This document shows positions 40,986 to 55,240 of a DNA stretch of 64,000 nt, one piece after another. The notes under the pieces were generated by a model. It did not search any database. It saw only the letters and a program-made list of their open reading frames with translations, and had not been told where the DNA came from. A program made the translations under genes and the position numbers. The stretch's first letter is position 1, and each line of letters opens with the position of its first letter. The DNA comes from the human T2T-CHM13v2.0 reference genome, Homo sapiens, in the NCBI RefSeq assembly GCF_009914755.1, contig NC_060948.1. One strand, 5' to 3'.

Positions 40986-43900
40986 GGCCTGGAATAAAGT
41001 GGAATGCTACGGTCTCGAATGGAATAAAAATGTATGGAATGGAATGCAATGAAACGGAATCGAATGTCATAGAATGTAATGGAATGCAAAAAAATGGAAT
41101 CCAAAATCATTGACTGGAAAGGCTGGGTGTCGAAAGGAATTGACTCCAATGGAATGGAATCGAATGGAGTGGAAGTGAATAGAATCGAACTAAATCGAAT
41201 GGAATGGAATTGATAGGAACGGAATGGAAAGGAATGCAATGATTTGGCACGGAATGGAATCGAATGGCATCGAATGGAATGGAATGGAATGCAATGGAAT
41301 GGAACGTATTAGAATGTAATGAACTTTAATGGAATGTACTCGAATGGATTCGACTGGAATGCAATGTTCTGGAAGTGAATGGACTCCAATGGAATGGATT
41401 CAAAAGGAATGGAATCGTACGGAATGGAATCTAATGGAATGGAATTAAATGGAAATGAATCAAATTGAATAGCACGGAATTGAATTGAATGGAATCGAAT
41501 GCAATGGAATCTAATGAAACGGAAAGGAAAGGAATGGAATGGAATGGAATGGGCTGGAATGGAAAGGAATCGAAACGAATGGAATGGAATCGAACTGAAG
41601 AGACTGGAATGGAATGCAGTGGAATGGAAGGGAGTGTAATGGAAGGTTCTCGAAAAAAATGGAATCGAATGGAATGGAATTGAATGGAACGGAATAGAGT
41701 CGAATGGAATTGAATGGAATGGAATGGACTAGAGTGAAATGGAATCGAACCACAAGGAATGGACAGGAATAGAATGGTCTCGAATTGAATGGAATCGTAT
41801 TGAATGGCATCAAACGGAATGGAATGGACAGCCACGGAATGGAATGCACTCGAATGCAATGGAGTCGAAACTAATGGACTGGAATAGAATGGACTCGACT
41901 GGTACGGACTCCAATGGAATGGAATGGAATGGAAGGGAATCGAACGGAATGGACTCGAAGGGAAAAGACTGCAATGGAAAGGTCTCGAATGGAATGGAAA
42001 TTAATGGAATGGAATGGAATCGAATGAAATGGAGTCAAAAGGAATGGAATCGAATGGCAAGAAATCGAATGTAATGGAATCGCAAGGAATTGATGTGAAC
42101 GGAACGGAATGGAATGGAATCCAAAGGAATGGAATAGAATGGAATGGAATCGAATGGAAAGGACTCGAATGGAAATCACTCGAATAGAATGCAATTTAAT
42201 AAAATAGGATCAAATGTAATGGAATGGAATGGAAAGGAATCGAAACGAAAGGAATGGAGACAGATGGAATGGAATGGAACAGAGAGCAATGGTATAGAAT
42301 GGAATGGAATCATCTGGAATGGAATTGAATGGAATGGAATAATATGAAATGGAATGGAATGGAATGGAATGGAATGCCCTTGAATTAAATGGACTGGAAT
42401 GGAATGGACTCGAACAGAGTGGAATGGAAAGTGTTGAGATAGAATGGAAAGGACTCCTTTGGAATGGTGTAGTATGCAATGCAATCGACTGGCAGGGAAT
42501 CAAAAGGAATGTAATCGAATGGATTGGACTGGAATGCAATGGACTCGAATAGATTGGAAACGGAATGCAAAGGAATGGAATGGAATAGTATGGAATGGAA
42601 TGGAAAGGAATGGAGTGGAATAGACTAGAGTGGAATGGAATGGACTGGAAAGCAATGGACTGGAATGGAACTTTCTTGAATGGACTAGAATCAAACGGAA
42701 TGGAATGCAATGCAATCAAATGGCATGGAATAAAATAGAATGAAAGAGAATCAAATGGAATTGAATCGAATGGAATCGAATGGATTGGAAAGGAATAGAA
42801 TGGAATGGAATGGAATTGACTCAAATGGAATGGACTAGAATGGAATGGATTCGAATGGAAGGCAAAGGAATGGAATCTATTGGAATGGACTGTAATGGAA
42901 TGGAATGGAAGGGATTGGAATGGACTCGAATGGAATGGACTGCAATAGAAAGGATTCGAATGGAATGAAAAAGAATTGAATGGAATAGAACAGAATGGAA
43001 TCAAATCGAATGAAATGGAATGGAATAGAAAGGAATGGAATGAAATGGAATGGAAAGGATTCGAATGGAATGCAATCGAATGGAATGGAATCGAACGGAA
43101 TGGAATAAAATGGAAGAAAACTGGCAAGAAATGGAATCGAAATGAATGGAGTGTTATGGAACGGACTCAAAAGGAATTGAATGTAATAGAATGGAGTGGA
43201 GTGGACTCGAATATAATGGACTGGAATGGAATGAAATCACATGGAATGGGAACGAATGGAATGGAATGGAAAGGAATGGAATCGAATGGAAAGGAATCGA
43301 ATGGAAGGGAATGAAATTGAATCAACAGGAATGGAAGGGAATAGAATAGACGGTAATGGAATGGACTCGAATAGAATGGACACGAATGCTCAAATTGAAT
43401 GGACTCGAATGGAATGGAAACGAAAGGAATGTCATCGAATGGAATTGAATCGATTGGAATGAAATCGCATAGAATGGAGTGGAATCAAATGGAATTGAAT
43501 CGAAAGGAAAGGAAGCGAATGGACTGAAATGAAATGGAATGGAATTGAATGGAAAGTAATGCAATGGAATAGAATGGAACGAAATTTCACGGAATGGAAT
43601 CAAACTGAATGGAATCAAATCAATGGAATCAAATCAAATGGAATGGAAAGGAATTGAATGGAGTAGATTGGATTGGATGGGATTGGAATGAAATGTACTG
43701 GAAAGGACTCGAATTTCATGAAACGGAATGGAATGAATTGGAACGGAATGGACTCGAATGGAATGGAATGTCATGGAATGGCATCAAATGGAATGGCATC
43801 AAATGGAATGGAATCGAATGCAATGGAATGCTATGGAATGGAATGGAATGCATTGGAATGGAATGTCCTCTAATGGAATGGATTCGAGTGGAATGGAATC

Positions 43901-44554
43901 GAATATAATGGAGTCGAATGAAATGGAATTGAAAGGAATGGGATCGAATAGAATGGAATATACTGGAATGTAATGTAATGAACTCGAATGTAATTGACTG
44001 GAATGGAATGTACATGAATGGAATGTAATCGAATGGAAAGTAATCCAATGGAATAGAATCTAATGCAATAAAATCGACTCAGATAGAGTAGAATGTAATG
44101 GAATGGAGTGCAGTGCAATGGAATGGAATGGAATGGAATGCAATGGAATGGAATGGAATGGAATGGAATGGAATGGAATGGGATGGAATGGGATGGAATG
44201 GTATGGAATGGATAGTAATGGACTGGAGTGAAATGGACTGGAAAGGAATGGACTCAAATTGAAAGGGCTCGAAAGGAATGGAGTCAAATGGAATGGTCTG
44301 GAATGGAATGAACACGAAAGTAATGCAATCGAATAGAATGGAATCGAATGGCATGGAATATAAAGAAATGGAATCGAAGAGAATGGAAACAAATGGAATG
44401 GAATTGAATGGAATGGAATTGAATGGAATGGGAACGAATGGAGTGAAATTGTATGCAGTAGAAGGGAATAGAATGGAATGCAAGCGAAAGGAAAGGAATG
44501 GATTGGAATGGAATGGAATTCATTGGAATGGAAGGGAATGTAGTGTAATGGACA
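40986..44554 (+). repeat. DYZ1 unit, 3569 bp
   Basis: GGCC at 40986 to GGCC at 44555. Confidence 0.92.
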
Positions 44555-47500
44555 GGCCTGGAATAAAGTGGAATGCTACGGTCTCGAATGGAATAAAAAT
44601 GTATGGAATGGAATGCAATGAAACGGAATCGAATGTCATAGAATGTAATGGAATGCAAAAAAATGGAATCCAAAATCATTGACTGGAAAGGCTGGGTGTC
44701 GAAAGGAATTGACTCCAATGGAATGGAATCGAATGGAGTGGAAGTGAATAGAATCGAACTAAATCGAATGGAATGGAATTGATAGGAACGGAATGGAAAG
44801 GAATGCAATGATTTGGCACGGAATGGAATCGAATGGCATCGAATGGAATGGAATGGAATGCAATGGAATGGAATGTATTAGAATGTAATGAACTTTAATG
44901 GAATGTACTCGAATGGATTCAACTGGAATGGAATGTTCTGGAAGTGAATGGGCTCCAATGGAATGGATTCAAAAGGAATGGAATCGTACGGAATGGAATC
45001 TAATGGAATGGAATTAAATGGAAATGAATCAAATTGAATAGCACGGAATTGAATTGAATGGAATTGAATGCAATAGAATCTAATGAAACGGAAAGGAATG
45101 GAATGGAATGGAATGGAATGGAATGGGCTGGAATGGAAAGGAATCGAAACGAATGGAATGGAATCGAACTGAAGAGACTGGAATGGAATGCACTGGAATG
45201 GAAGGGAGTGTAATGGAAGGTTCTCGAAAGAAATGGAATCGAATGGAATGGAATTGAATGGAACAGAATAGAGTCGAATGGAATTGAATGGAATGGAATG
45301 GACTAGAGTGAAATGGAATCGAACCACAAGGAATGGACAGGAATAGAATGGTCTCGAATTGAATGGAATCATATGCAATGGCATCAAACGGAATGGAATG
45401 GACAGCCACGTAATGGAATGCACTCGAATGCAATGGAGTCGAAACTAATGGACTGGAATAGAATGGACTCGACTGGTACGGACTCCAATGGAATGGAATC
45501 GAATGGAAGGGAATCGAACGGAATGGACTCGAAGGGAAAAGACTGCAATGGAAAGGTCTCGAATGGAATGGAAATTAATGGAATGGAATTGAATCGAATG
45601 AAATGGAGTCAAAAGGAATGGAATCGAATGGCAAGAAATCGAATGTAATGGAATCGCAAGGAATTGATGTGAACGGAACGGAATGGAATGGAATCCAAAG
45701 GAATGGAATAGAATGGAATGGAATCGAATGGAAAGGACTCCAATGGAAATCACTCGAATAGAATGCAATTTAATAAAATAGGATCAAATGTAATGGAATG
45801 GAATGGAAAGGAATCGAAACGAAAGGAATGGAGACAGATGGAATGGAATGGAACAGAGAGCAATGGTATAGAATGGAATGGAATCATCTGGAATGGAATT
45901 GAATGGAATGGAATAATATGAAATGGAATGGAATGGAATGGAATGGAATGCCCTTGAATTAAATGGACTGGAATGGAATGGACTCGAACAGAGTGGAATG
46001 GAAAGTGTTGAGATAGAATGGAATGGACTCCTTTGGAATGGTGTAGTATGCAATGCAATCGACTGGCAGGGAATCAAAAGGAATGTAATGGAATGGATTG
46101 GACTGGAATGCAATGGACTCGAATAGATTGGAAACGGAATGCAAAGGAATGGAATGGAATAGTATGGAATGGAATGGAAAGGAATGGAGTGGAATAGACT
46201 AGAGTGGAATGGAATGGACTGGAAAGCAATGGACTGGAATGGAACTTTCTTGAATGGACTGGAATCAAACGGAATGGAATGCAATGCAATCAAATGGCAT
46301 GGAATAAAATAGAATGAAAGAGAATCAAATGGAATTGAATCGAATGGAATCGAATGGATTGGAAAGGAATAGAATGGAATGGAATGGAATGGACTAGAAT
46401 GGAATGGATTCGAATGGAAGGCAAAGGAATGGAATCTATTGGAATGGACTGTAATGGAATGGAATGGAAGGGATTGGAATGGACTCGAATGGAATGGACT
46501 GCAATAGAAAGGATTCGAATGGAATGAAAAAGAATTGAATGGAATAGAACAGAATGGAATCAAATCGAATGAAATCGAATGGAATAGAAAGGAATGGAAT
46601 GAAATGGAATGGAAAGGATTCGAATGGAATGCAATCGAATGGAATGGAATCGAACGGAATGGAATAAAATGGAAGAAAACTGGCAAGAAATGGAATCGAA
46701 ATGAATGGAGTGTTATGGAACGGACTCAAAAGGAATTGAATGTAATAGAATGGAGTGGAGTGGACTCGAATATAATGGACTGGAATGGAATGAAATCACA
46801 TGGAATGGGAACGAATGGAATGGAATGGAAAGGAATGGAATCGAATGGAAAGGAATCGAATGGAAGGGAATGAAATTGAATCAACAGGAATGGAAGGGAA
46901 TAGAATAGACGGTAATGGAATGGACTCGAATAGAATGGACACGAATGCTCAAATTGAATGGACTCGAATGGAATGGAAACGAAAGGAATGTCATCGAATG
47001 GAATTGAATCGATTGGAATGAAATCGCATAGAATGGAGTGGAATCAAATGGAATTGAATCGAAAGGAAAGGAAGCGAATGGACTGAAATGAAATGGAATG
47101 GAATTGAATGGAAAGTAATGCAATGGAATAGAATGGAACGAAATTTCACGGAATGGAATCAAACTGAATGGAATCAAATCAATGGAATCAAATCAAATGG
47201 AATGGAAAGGAATTGAATGGAGTAGATTGGATTGGATGGGATTGGAATGAAATGTACTGGAAAGGACTCGAATTTCATGAAACGGAATGGAATGAATGGG
47301 AACGGAATGGACTCGAATGGAATGGAATGTCATGGAATGGCATCAAATGGAATGGCATCAAATGGAATGGAATCGAATGCAATGGAATGCTATGGAATGG
47401 AATGGAATGCATTGGAATGGAATGTCCTCTAATGGAATGGATTCGAGTGGAATGGAATCGAATATAATGGAGTCGAATGAAATGGAATTGAAAGGAATGG

Positions 47501-48108
47501 GATCGAATACAATGGAATATACTGGAATGTAATGTAATGAACTCGAATGTAATTGACTGGAATGGAATGTACATGAATGGAATGTAATCGAATGGAAAGT
47601 AATCCAATGGAATAGAATCTAATGCAATAAAATCGACTCAGATAGAGTAGAATGTAATGGAATGGAGTGCAGTGCAATGGAATGGAATGGAATGGAATGC
47701 AATGGAATGGAATGGAATGGAATGGAATGGAATGGGATGGAATGGGATGGAATGGTATGGAATGGATAGTAATGGACTGGAGTGAAATGGACTGGAAAGG
47801 AATGGACTCAAATTGAAAGGGCTCGAAAGGAATGGAGTCAAATGGAATGGTCTGGAATGGAATGAACACGAAAGTAATGCAATCGAATAGAATGGAATCG
47901 AATGGCATGGAATATAAAGAAATGGAATCGAAGAGAATGGAAACAAATGGAATGGAATTGAATGGAATGGAATTGAATGGAATGGGAACGAATGGAGTGA
48001 AATTGTATGCAGTAGAAGGGAATAGAATGGAATGCAAGCGAAAGGAAAGGAATGGATTGGAATGGAATGGAATTCATTGGAATGGAAGGGAATGTAGTGT
48101 AATGGACA
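44555..48108 (+). repeat. DYZ1 unit, 3554 bp
   Basis: GGCC at 44555 to GGCC at 48109. Confidence 0.92.
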
Positions 48109-51100
48109 GGCCTGGAATAAAGTGGAATGCTACGGTCTCGAATGGAATAAAAATGTATGGAATGGAATGCAATGAAACGGAATCGAATGTCATAGAATGT
48201 AATGGAATGCAAAAAAATGGAATCCAAAATCATTGACTGGAAAGGCTGGGTGTCGAAAGGAATTGACTCCAATGGAATGGAATCGAATGGAGTGGAAGTG
48301 AATAGAATCGAACTAAATCGAATGGAATGGAATTGATAGGAACGGAATGGAAAGGAATGCAATGATTTGGCACGGAATGGAATCGAATGGCATCGAATGG
48401 AATGGAATGGAATGCAATGGAATGGAATGTATTAGAATGTAATGAACTTTAATGGAATGTACTCGAATGGATTCAACTGGAATGGAATGTTCTGGAAGTG
48501 AATGGGCTCCAATGGAATGGATTCAAAAGGAATGGAATCGTACGGAATGGAATCTAATGGAATGGAATTAAATGGAAATGAATCAAATTGAATAGCACGG
48601 AATTGAATTGAATGGAATTGAATGCAATAGAATCTAATGAAACGGAAAGGAATGGAATGGAATGGAATGGAATGGAATGGGCTGGAATGGAAAGGAATCG
48701 AAACGAATGGAATGGAATCGAACTGAAGAGACTGGAATGGAATGCACTGGAATGGAAGGGAGTGTAATGGAAGGTTCTCGAAAGAAATGGAATCGAATGG
48801 AATGGAATTGAATGGAACAGAATAGAGTCGAATGGAATTGAATGGAATGGAATGGACTAGAGTGAAATGGAATCGAACCACAAGGAATGGACAGGAATAG
48901 AATGGTCTCGAATTGAATGGAATCGTATGGAATGGCATCAAACGGAATCGAATGGACAGCCACGGAATGGAATGCACTCGAATGCAATGGAGTCGAAACT
49001 AATGGACTGGAATAGAATGGACTCGACTGGTACGGACTCCAATGGAATGGAATCGAATGGAACGGAATCGAACGGAATGGAATCGAAGGGAAAAGACTGC
49101 AATGGAAAGGTCTCGAATGGAATGGAAATTAATGGAATGGAATGGAATCGAATGAAATGGAGTCAAAAGGAATGGAATCGAATGGCAAGAAATCGAATGT
49201 AATGGAATCGCAAGGAATTGATGTGAACGGAACGGAATGGAATGGAATCCAAAGGAATGGAATAGAATGGAATGGAATCGAATGGAAAGGACTCGAATGG
49301 AAATCACTCGAATAGAATGCAATTTAATAAAATAGGACCAAATGTAATGGAATGGAATGGAAAGGAATCGAAACGAAAGGAATGGAGACAGATGGAATGG
49401 AATGGAACAGAGAGCAATGGTATAGAATGGAATGGAATCATCTGGAATGGAATTGAATGGAATGGAATAATATGAAATGGAATGGAATGGAATGGAATGG
49501 AATGCCCTTGAATTAAATGGACTGGAATGGAATGGACTCGAACAGAGTGGAATGGAAAGTGTTGAGATAGAATGGAATGGACTCGTTTGGAATGGTCTAG
49601 TATGCAATGCAATCGACTGGCAGGGTATCAAAAGGAATGTAATGGAATGGATTGGACTGGAATGCAATGGACTCGAATAGATTGCAAACGGAATGCAAAG
49701 GAATGGAATGGAATAGTATGGAATGGAATGGAAAGGAATGGAGTGGAATAGACTAGAGTGGAATGGAATGGACTGGAAAGAAATGGACTGGAATGGAACT
49801 TTCTTGGATGGACTGGAATCAAACGGAATGGAATGCAATGCAATCAAATGGCATGGAATAAAATAGAATGAAAGAGAATCAAATGGAATTGAATCGAATG
49901 GAATCGAATGGATTGGAAAGGAATAGAACGGAATGGAATGGAATTGACTCAAATGGAATGGACCAGAATGGAATGGATTCGAATGGAAGGCAAAGGAATG
50001 GAATCTATTGGAATGGACTGTAATGGAATGGAATGGAAGGGATTGGAATGGACTCGAATGGAATGGACTGCAATAGAAAGGATTCGAATGGAATGAAAAA
50101 GAATTGAATGGAATAGAACAGAATGGAATCAAATCGAATGAAATGGAATGGAATAGAAAGGAATGGAATGAAATGGAATGGAAAGGATTCGAATGGAATG
50201 CAATCGAATGGAATGGAATCGAACGGAATGGAATAAAATGGAAGAAAACTGGCAAGAAATGGAATCGAAATGAATGGAGTGTTATAGAACGGACTCAAAA
50301 GGAATTGAATGTAATAGAATGGAGTGGAGTGGACTCGAATATAATGGACTGGAATGGAATGAAATCACATGGAATGGGAACGAATGGAATGGAATGGAAA
50401 GGAATGGAATTGAATGGAAAGGAATCGAATGGAAGGGAATGAAATTGAATCAACAGGAATGGAAGGGAATAGAATAGACGGTAATGGAATGGACTCGAAT
50501 TGAATGGACACGAATGCTCAAATTGAATGGACTCGAATGGAATGGAAACGAAAGGAATGTCATCGAATGGAATTGAATCGATTGGAATGAAATCGCATAG
50601 AATGGAGTGGAATCAAATGGAATTGAATCGAAAGGAAAGGAAGCGAATGGACTGAAATGAAATGGAATGGAATTGAATGGAAAGTAATGCAATGGAATAG
50701 AATGGAACGAAATTTCACGGAATGGAATCAAACTGAATGGAATCAAATCAATGGAATCTAATCAAATGGAATGGAAAGGAATTGAATGGAGTAGATTGGA
50801 TTGGATGGGATTGGAATGAAATGTACTGGAAAGGACTCGAATTTCATGAAACGGAATGGAATGAATTGGAACGGAATGGACTCGAATGGAATGGAATGTC
50901 ATGGAATGGCATCAAATGGAATGGCATCAAATGGAATGGAATCGAATGCAATATAATGCTATGGAATGAAATGGAATGCATTGGAATGGAATGTCCTCTA
51001 ATGGAATGGATTCGAGTGGAATGGAATCGAATATAATGGAGTCGAATGAAATGGAATTGAAAGGAATGGGATCGAATACAATGGAATATACTGGAATGTA

Positions 51101-51677
51101 ATGTAATGAACTCGAATGTAATTGACTGGAATGGAATGTACATGAATGGAATGTAATCGAATGGAAAGTAATCCAATGGAATAGAATCTAATGCAATAAA
51201 ATCGAGTCAAATAGAGTAGAATGTAATGGAATGGAGTGCAGTGCAATGGAATGGAATGGAATGGAATGCAATGGAATGGAATGGAATGGAATGGAATGGA
51301 ATTTAATGGAATGGGATGGAATGGTATGGAATGGATAGTAATGGACTGGAGTGAAATGGACTGGAAAGGAATGGACTCAAATTGAAAGGGCTCGAAAGGA
51401 ATGGAGTCAAATGGAATGGTCTGGAATGGAATGAACACGAATGTAATGCAATCCAATAGAATGGTATCGAATGGCATGGAATATAAAGAAATGGAATCGA
51501 AGAGAATGGAAACAAATGGAATGGAATTGAATGGAATGGAATTGAATGGAATGGGAACGAATGGAGTGAAATTGTATGCAGTAGAAGGTAATAGAATGGA
51601 ATGCAAGCGAAAGGAAAGGAATGGATTGGAATGGAATGGAATTCATTGGAATGGAAGGGAATGTAGTGTAATGGACA
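48109..51677 (+). repeat. DYZ1 unit, 3569 bp
   Basis: GGCC at 48109 to the mutated site GGTC at 51678. Confidence 0.92.
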
Positions 51678-54600
51678 GGTCTGGAATAAAGTGGAATGCT
51701 ACGGTCTCAATGGAATAAAAATGTATGGAATGGAATGCAATGAAACGGAATCGAATGTCATAGAATGTAATGGAATGCAACAAAATGGAATCCAAAATCA
51801 TTGACTGGAAAGGCTGGGTGTCGAAAGGAATTGACTCCAATGGAATGGAATCGAATGGAATGGAAGTGAATAGAATCGAACTAAATCGAATGGAATGGAA
51901 TTGATAGGAACGGAATGGAAAGGAATGCAATGATTTGGCATGGAATGGAATCGAATGGCATCGAATGGAATGGAATGGAATGCAATGGAATGGAATGTAT
52001 TAGAATGTAATGAACTTTAATGGAATGTACTCGAATGGATTCGACTGGAATGGAATGTTCTGGAAGTGAATGGACTCCAATGGAATGGATTCCAAAGGAA
52101 TGGAATCGTACGGAATGGAATCTAATGGAATGGAATTAAATGGAAATGAATCAAATTGAATAGCACGGAATTGAATTGAATGGAATGGAATGCAATGGAA
52201 TCTAATGAAACGGAAAGGAAAGGAATGGAATGGAATGGAATGGGCTGGAATGGAAAGGAATCGAAACGAATGGAATGGAATCGAACTGAAGAGACTGGAA
52301 TGGAATGCACTGGAATGGAAGGGAGTGTAATGGAAGGTTCTCGAAAAAAATGGAATCGAATGGAATGGAATTGAATGGAACGGAATAGAGTCGAATGGAA
52401 TTGAATGGAATGGAATGGACTAGAGTGAAATGGAATCGAACCACAAGGAATGGAGAGGAATAGAATGGTCTCGAATTGAATGGAATCGTATGGAATGGCA
52501 TCAAACGGAATGGAATGGACAGCCACGGAATGGAATGCACTCGAATGCAATGGAGTCGAAACTAATGGACTGGAATAGAATGGACTCGACTGGTACGGAC
52601 TCCAATGGAATGGAATCGAATGGAAGGGAATCGAACGGAATGGACTCGAAGGGAAAAGACTGCAATGGAAAGGTCTCGAATGGAATGGAAATTAATGGAA
52701 TGGAATGGAATCGAATGAAATGGAGTCAAAAGGAATGGAATCGAATGGCAACAAATCGAATGTAATGGAATCGCAAGGAATTGATGTGAACGGAACGGAA
52801 TGGAATGGAATCCAAAGGAATGGAATAGAATGGAATGGAATCGAATGGAAAGGACTCGAATGGAAATCACTCGAATAGAATGCAATTTAATAAAATTGGA
52901 TCAAATTTAATGGAATGGAATGGAAAGGAATCGAAACGAAAGGAATGGAGACAGATGGAATGGAATGGAACAGAGAGCAATGGTATAGAATGGAATGGAA
53001 TCATCTGGAATGGAATTGAATGGAATGGAATAATATGAAATGGAATGGAATGGAATGGAATGGAATGCCCTTGAATTAAATGGACTGGAATGGAATGGAC
53101 TCGAACAGAGTGGAATGGAAAGTGTTGAGATAGAATGGAATGGACTCCTTTGGAATGGTGTAGTATGCAATGCAATCGACTGGCAGGGAATCAAAAGGAA
53201 TGTAATGTAATGGACTGGACTGGAATGCAATGGACTCGAATAGATTGGAAACGGAATGCAAAGGAATGGAATGGAATAGTATGGAATGGAATGGAAAGGA
53301 ATGGAGTGGAATAGACTAGAGTGGAATGGAATGGACTGGAAAGCAATGGACTGGAATGGAACTTTCTTGAATGGACTAGAATCAAACGGAATGGAATGCA
53401 ATGCAATCAAATGGCATGGAATAAAATAGAATGAAAGAGAATCAAATGGAATTGAATCGAATGGAATCGAATGGATTGGAAAGGAATAGAATGGAATGGA
53501 ATGGAATTGACTCAAATGGAATGGACTAGAATGGAATGGATTCGAATGGAAGGCAAAGGAATGGAATCTATTGGAATGGACTGTAATGGAATGGAATGGA
53601 AGGGATTGGAATGGACTCGAATGGAATGGACTGCAATAGAAAGGATTCGAATGGAATGAAAAAGAATTGAATGGAATAGAACAGAATGGAATCAAATCGA
53701 ATGAAATGGAATGGAATAGAAAGGAATGGAATGAAATGGAATGGAAAGGATTCGAATGGAATGCAATCGAATGGAATGGAATCGAACGGAATGGAATAAA
53801 ATGGAAGAAAACTGGCAAGAAATGGAATCGAAATGAATGGAGTGTTATGGAACGGACTCAAAAGGAATTGAATGTAATAGAATGGAGTGGAGTGGACTCG
53901 AATATAATGGACTGGAATGGAATGAAATCACATGGAATGGGAACGAATGGAATGGAATGGAAAGGAATGGAATCGAATGGAAAGGAATCGAATGGAAGGG
54001 AATGAAATTGAATCAACAGGAATGGAAGGGAATAGAATAGACGGTAATGGAATGGACTCGAATAGAATGGACATGAATGCTCAAATTGAATGGACTCGAA
54101 TGGAATGGAAACGAAAGGAATGTCATCGAATGGAATTGAATCGATTGGAATGAAATCGCATAGAATGGAGTGGAATCAAATGGAATTGAATCGAAAGGAA
54201 AGGAAGCGAATGGACTGAAATGAAATGGAATGGAATTGAATGGAAAGTAATGCAATGGAATAGAATGGAACGAAATTTCACGGAATGGAATCAAACTGAA
54301 TGGAATCAAATCAATGGAAGCCAATCAAATGGAATGGAAAGGAATTGAATGGAGTAGATTGGATTGGATGGGATTGGAATGAAATGTACTGGAAAGGACT
54401 CGAATTTCATGAAACGGAATGGAATGAATTGGAACGGAATGGACTCGAATGCAATGGAATGTCATGGAATGGCATCAAATGGAATGGCATCAAATGGAAT
54501 GGAATCGAATGCAATGGAATGCTATGGAATGGAATGGAATGCATTGGAATGGAATGTCCTCTAATGGAATGGATTCGAGTGGAATGGAATCGAATATAAT

Positions 54601-55240
54601 GGAGTCGAATGAAATGGAATTGAAAGGAATGGGATCGAATACAATGGAATATACTGGAATGTAATGTAATGAACTCGAATGTAATTGACTGGAATGGAAT
54701 GTACATGAATGGAATGTAATCGAATGGAAAGTAATCCAATGGAATAGAATCTAATGCAATAAAATCGACTCAGATAGAGTAGAATGTAATGGAATGGAGT
54801 GCAGTGCAATGGAATGGAATGGAATGGAATGCAATGGAATGGAATGGAATGGAATGGAATGGAATTTAATGGAATGGGATGGAATGGTATGGAATGGATA
54901 GTAATGGACTGGAGTGAAATGGACTGGAAAGGAATGGACTCAAATTGAAAGGGCTCGAAAGGAATGGAGTCAAATGGAATGGTCTGGAATGGAATGAACA
55001 CGAATGTAATGCAATCCAATAGAATGGTATCGAATGGCATGGAATATAAAGAAATGGAATCGAAGAGAATGGAAACAAATGGAATGGAATTGAATGGAAT
55101 GGAATTGAATGGAATGGGAACGAATGGAGTGAAATTGTATGCAGTAGAAGGTAATAGAATGGAATGCAAGCGAAAGGAAAGGAATGGATTGGAATGGAAT
55201 GGAATTCATTGGAATGGAAGGGAATGTAGTGTAATGGACA
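51678..55240 (+). repeat. DYZ1 unit, 3563 bp, HaeIII-negative subfamily
   Basis: GGTC at 51678 to GGTC at 55241; 1-bp deletion GGTCTC(G)AATGG. Confidence 0.92.

Noticed and set aside
48999-50255. Longest ORF, 418 aa, minus strand
   Set aside because: It is created by one private T>C change at 49338 (GGATCA>GGACCA) that removes a stop and fuses two artefactual ORFs.
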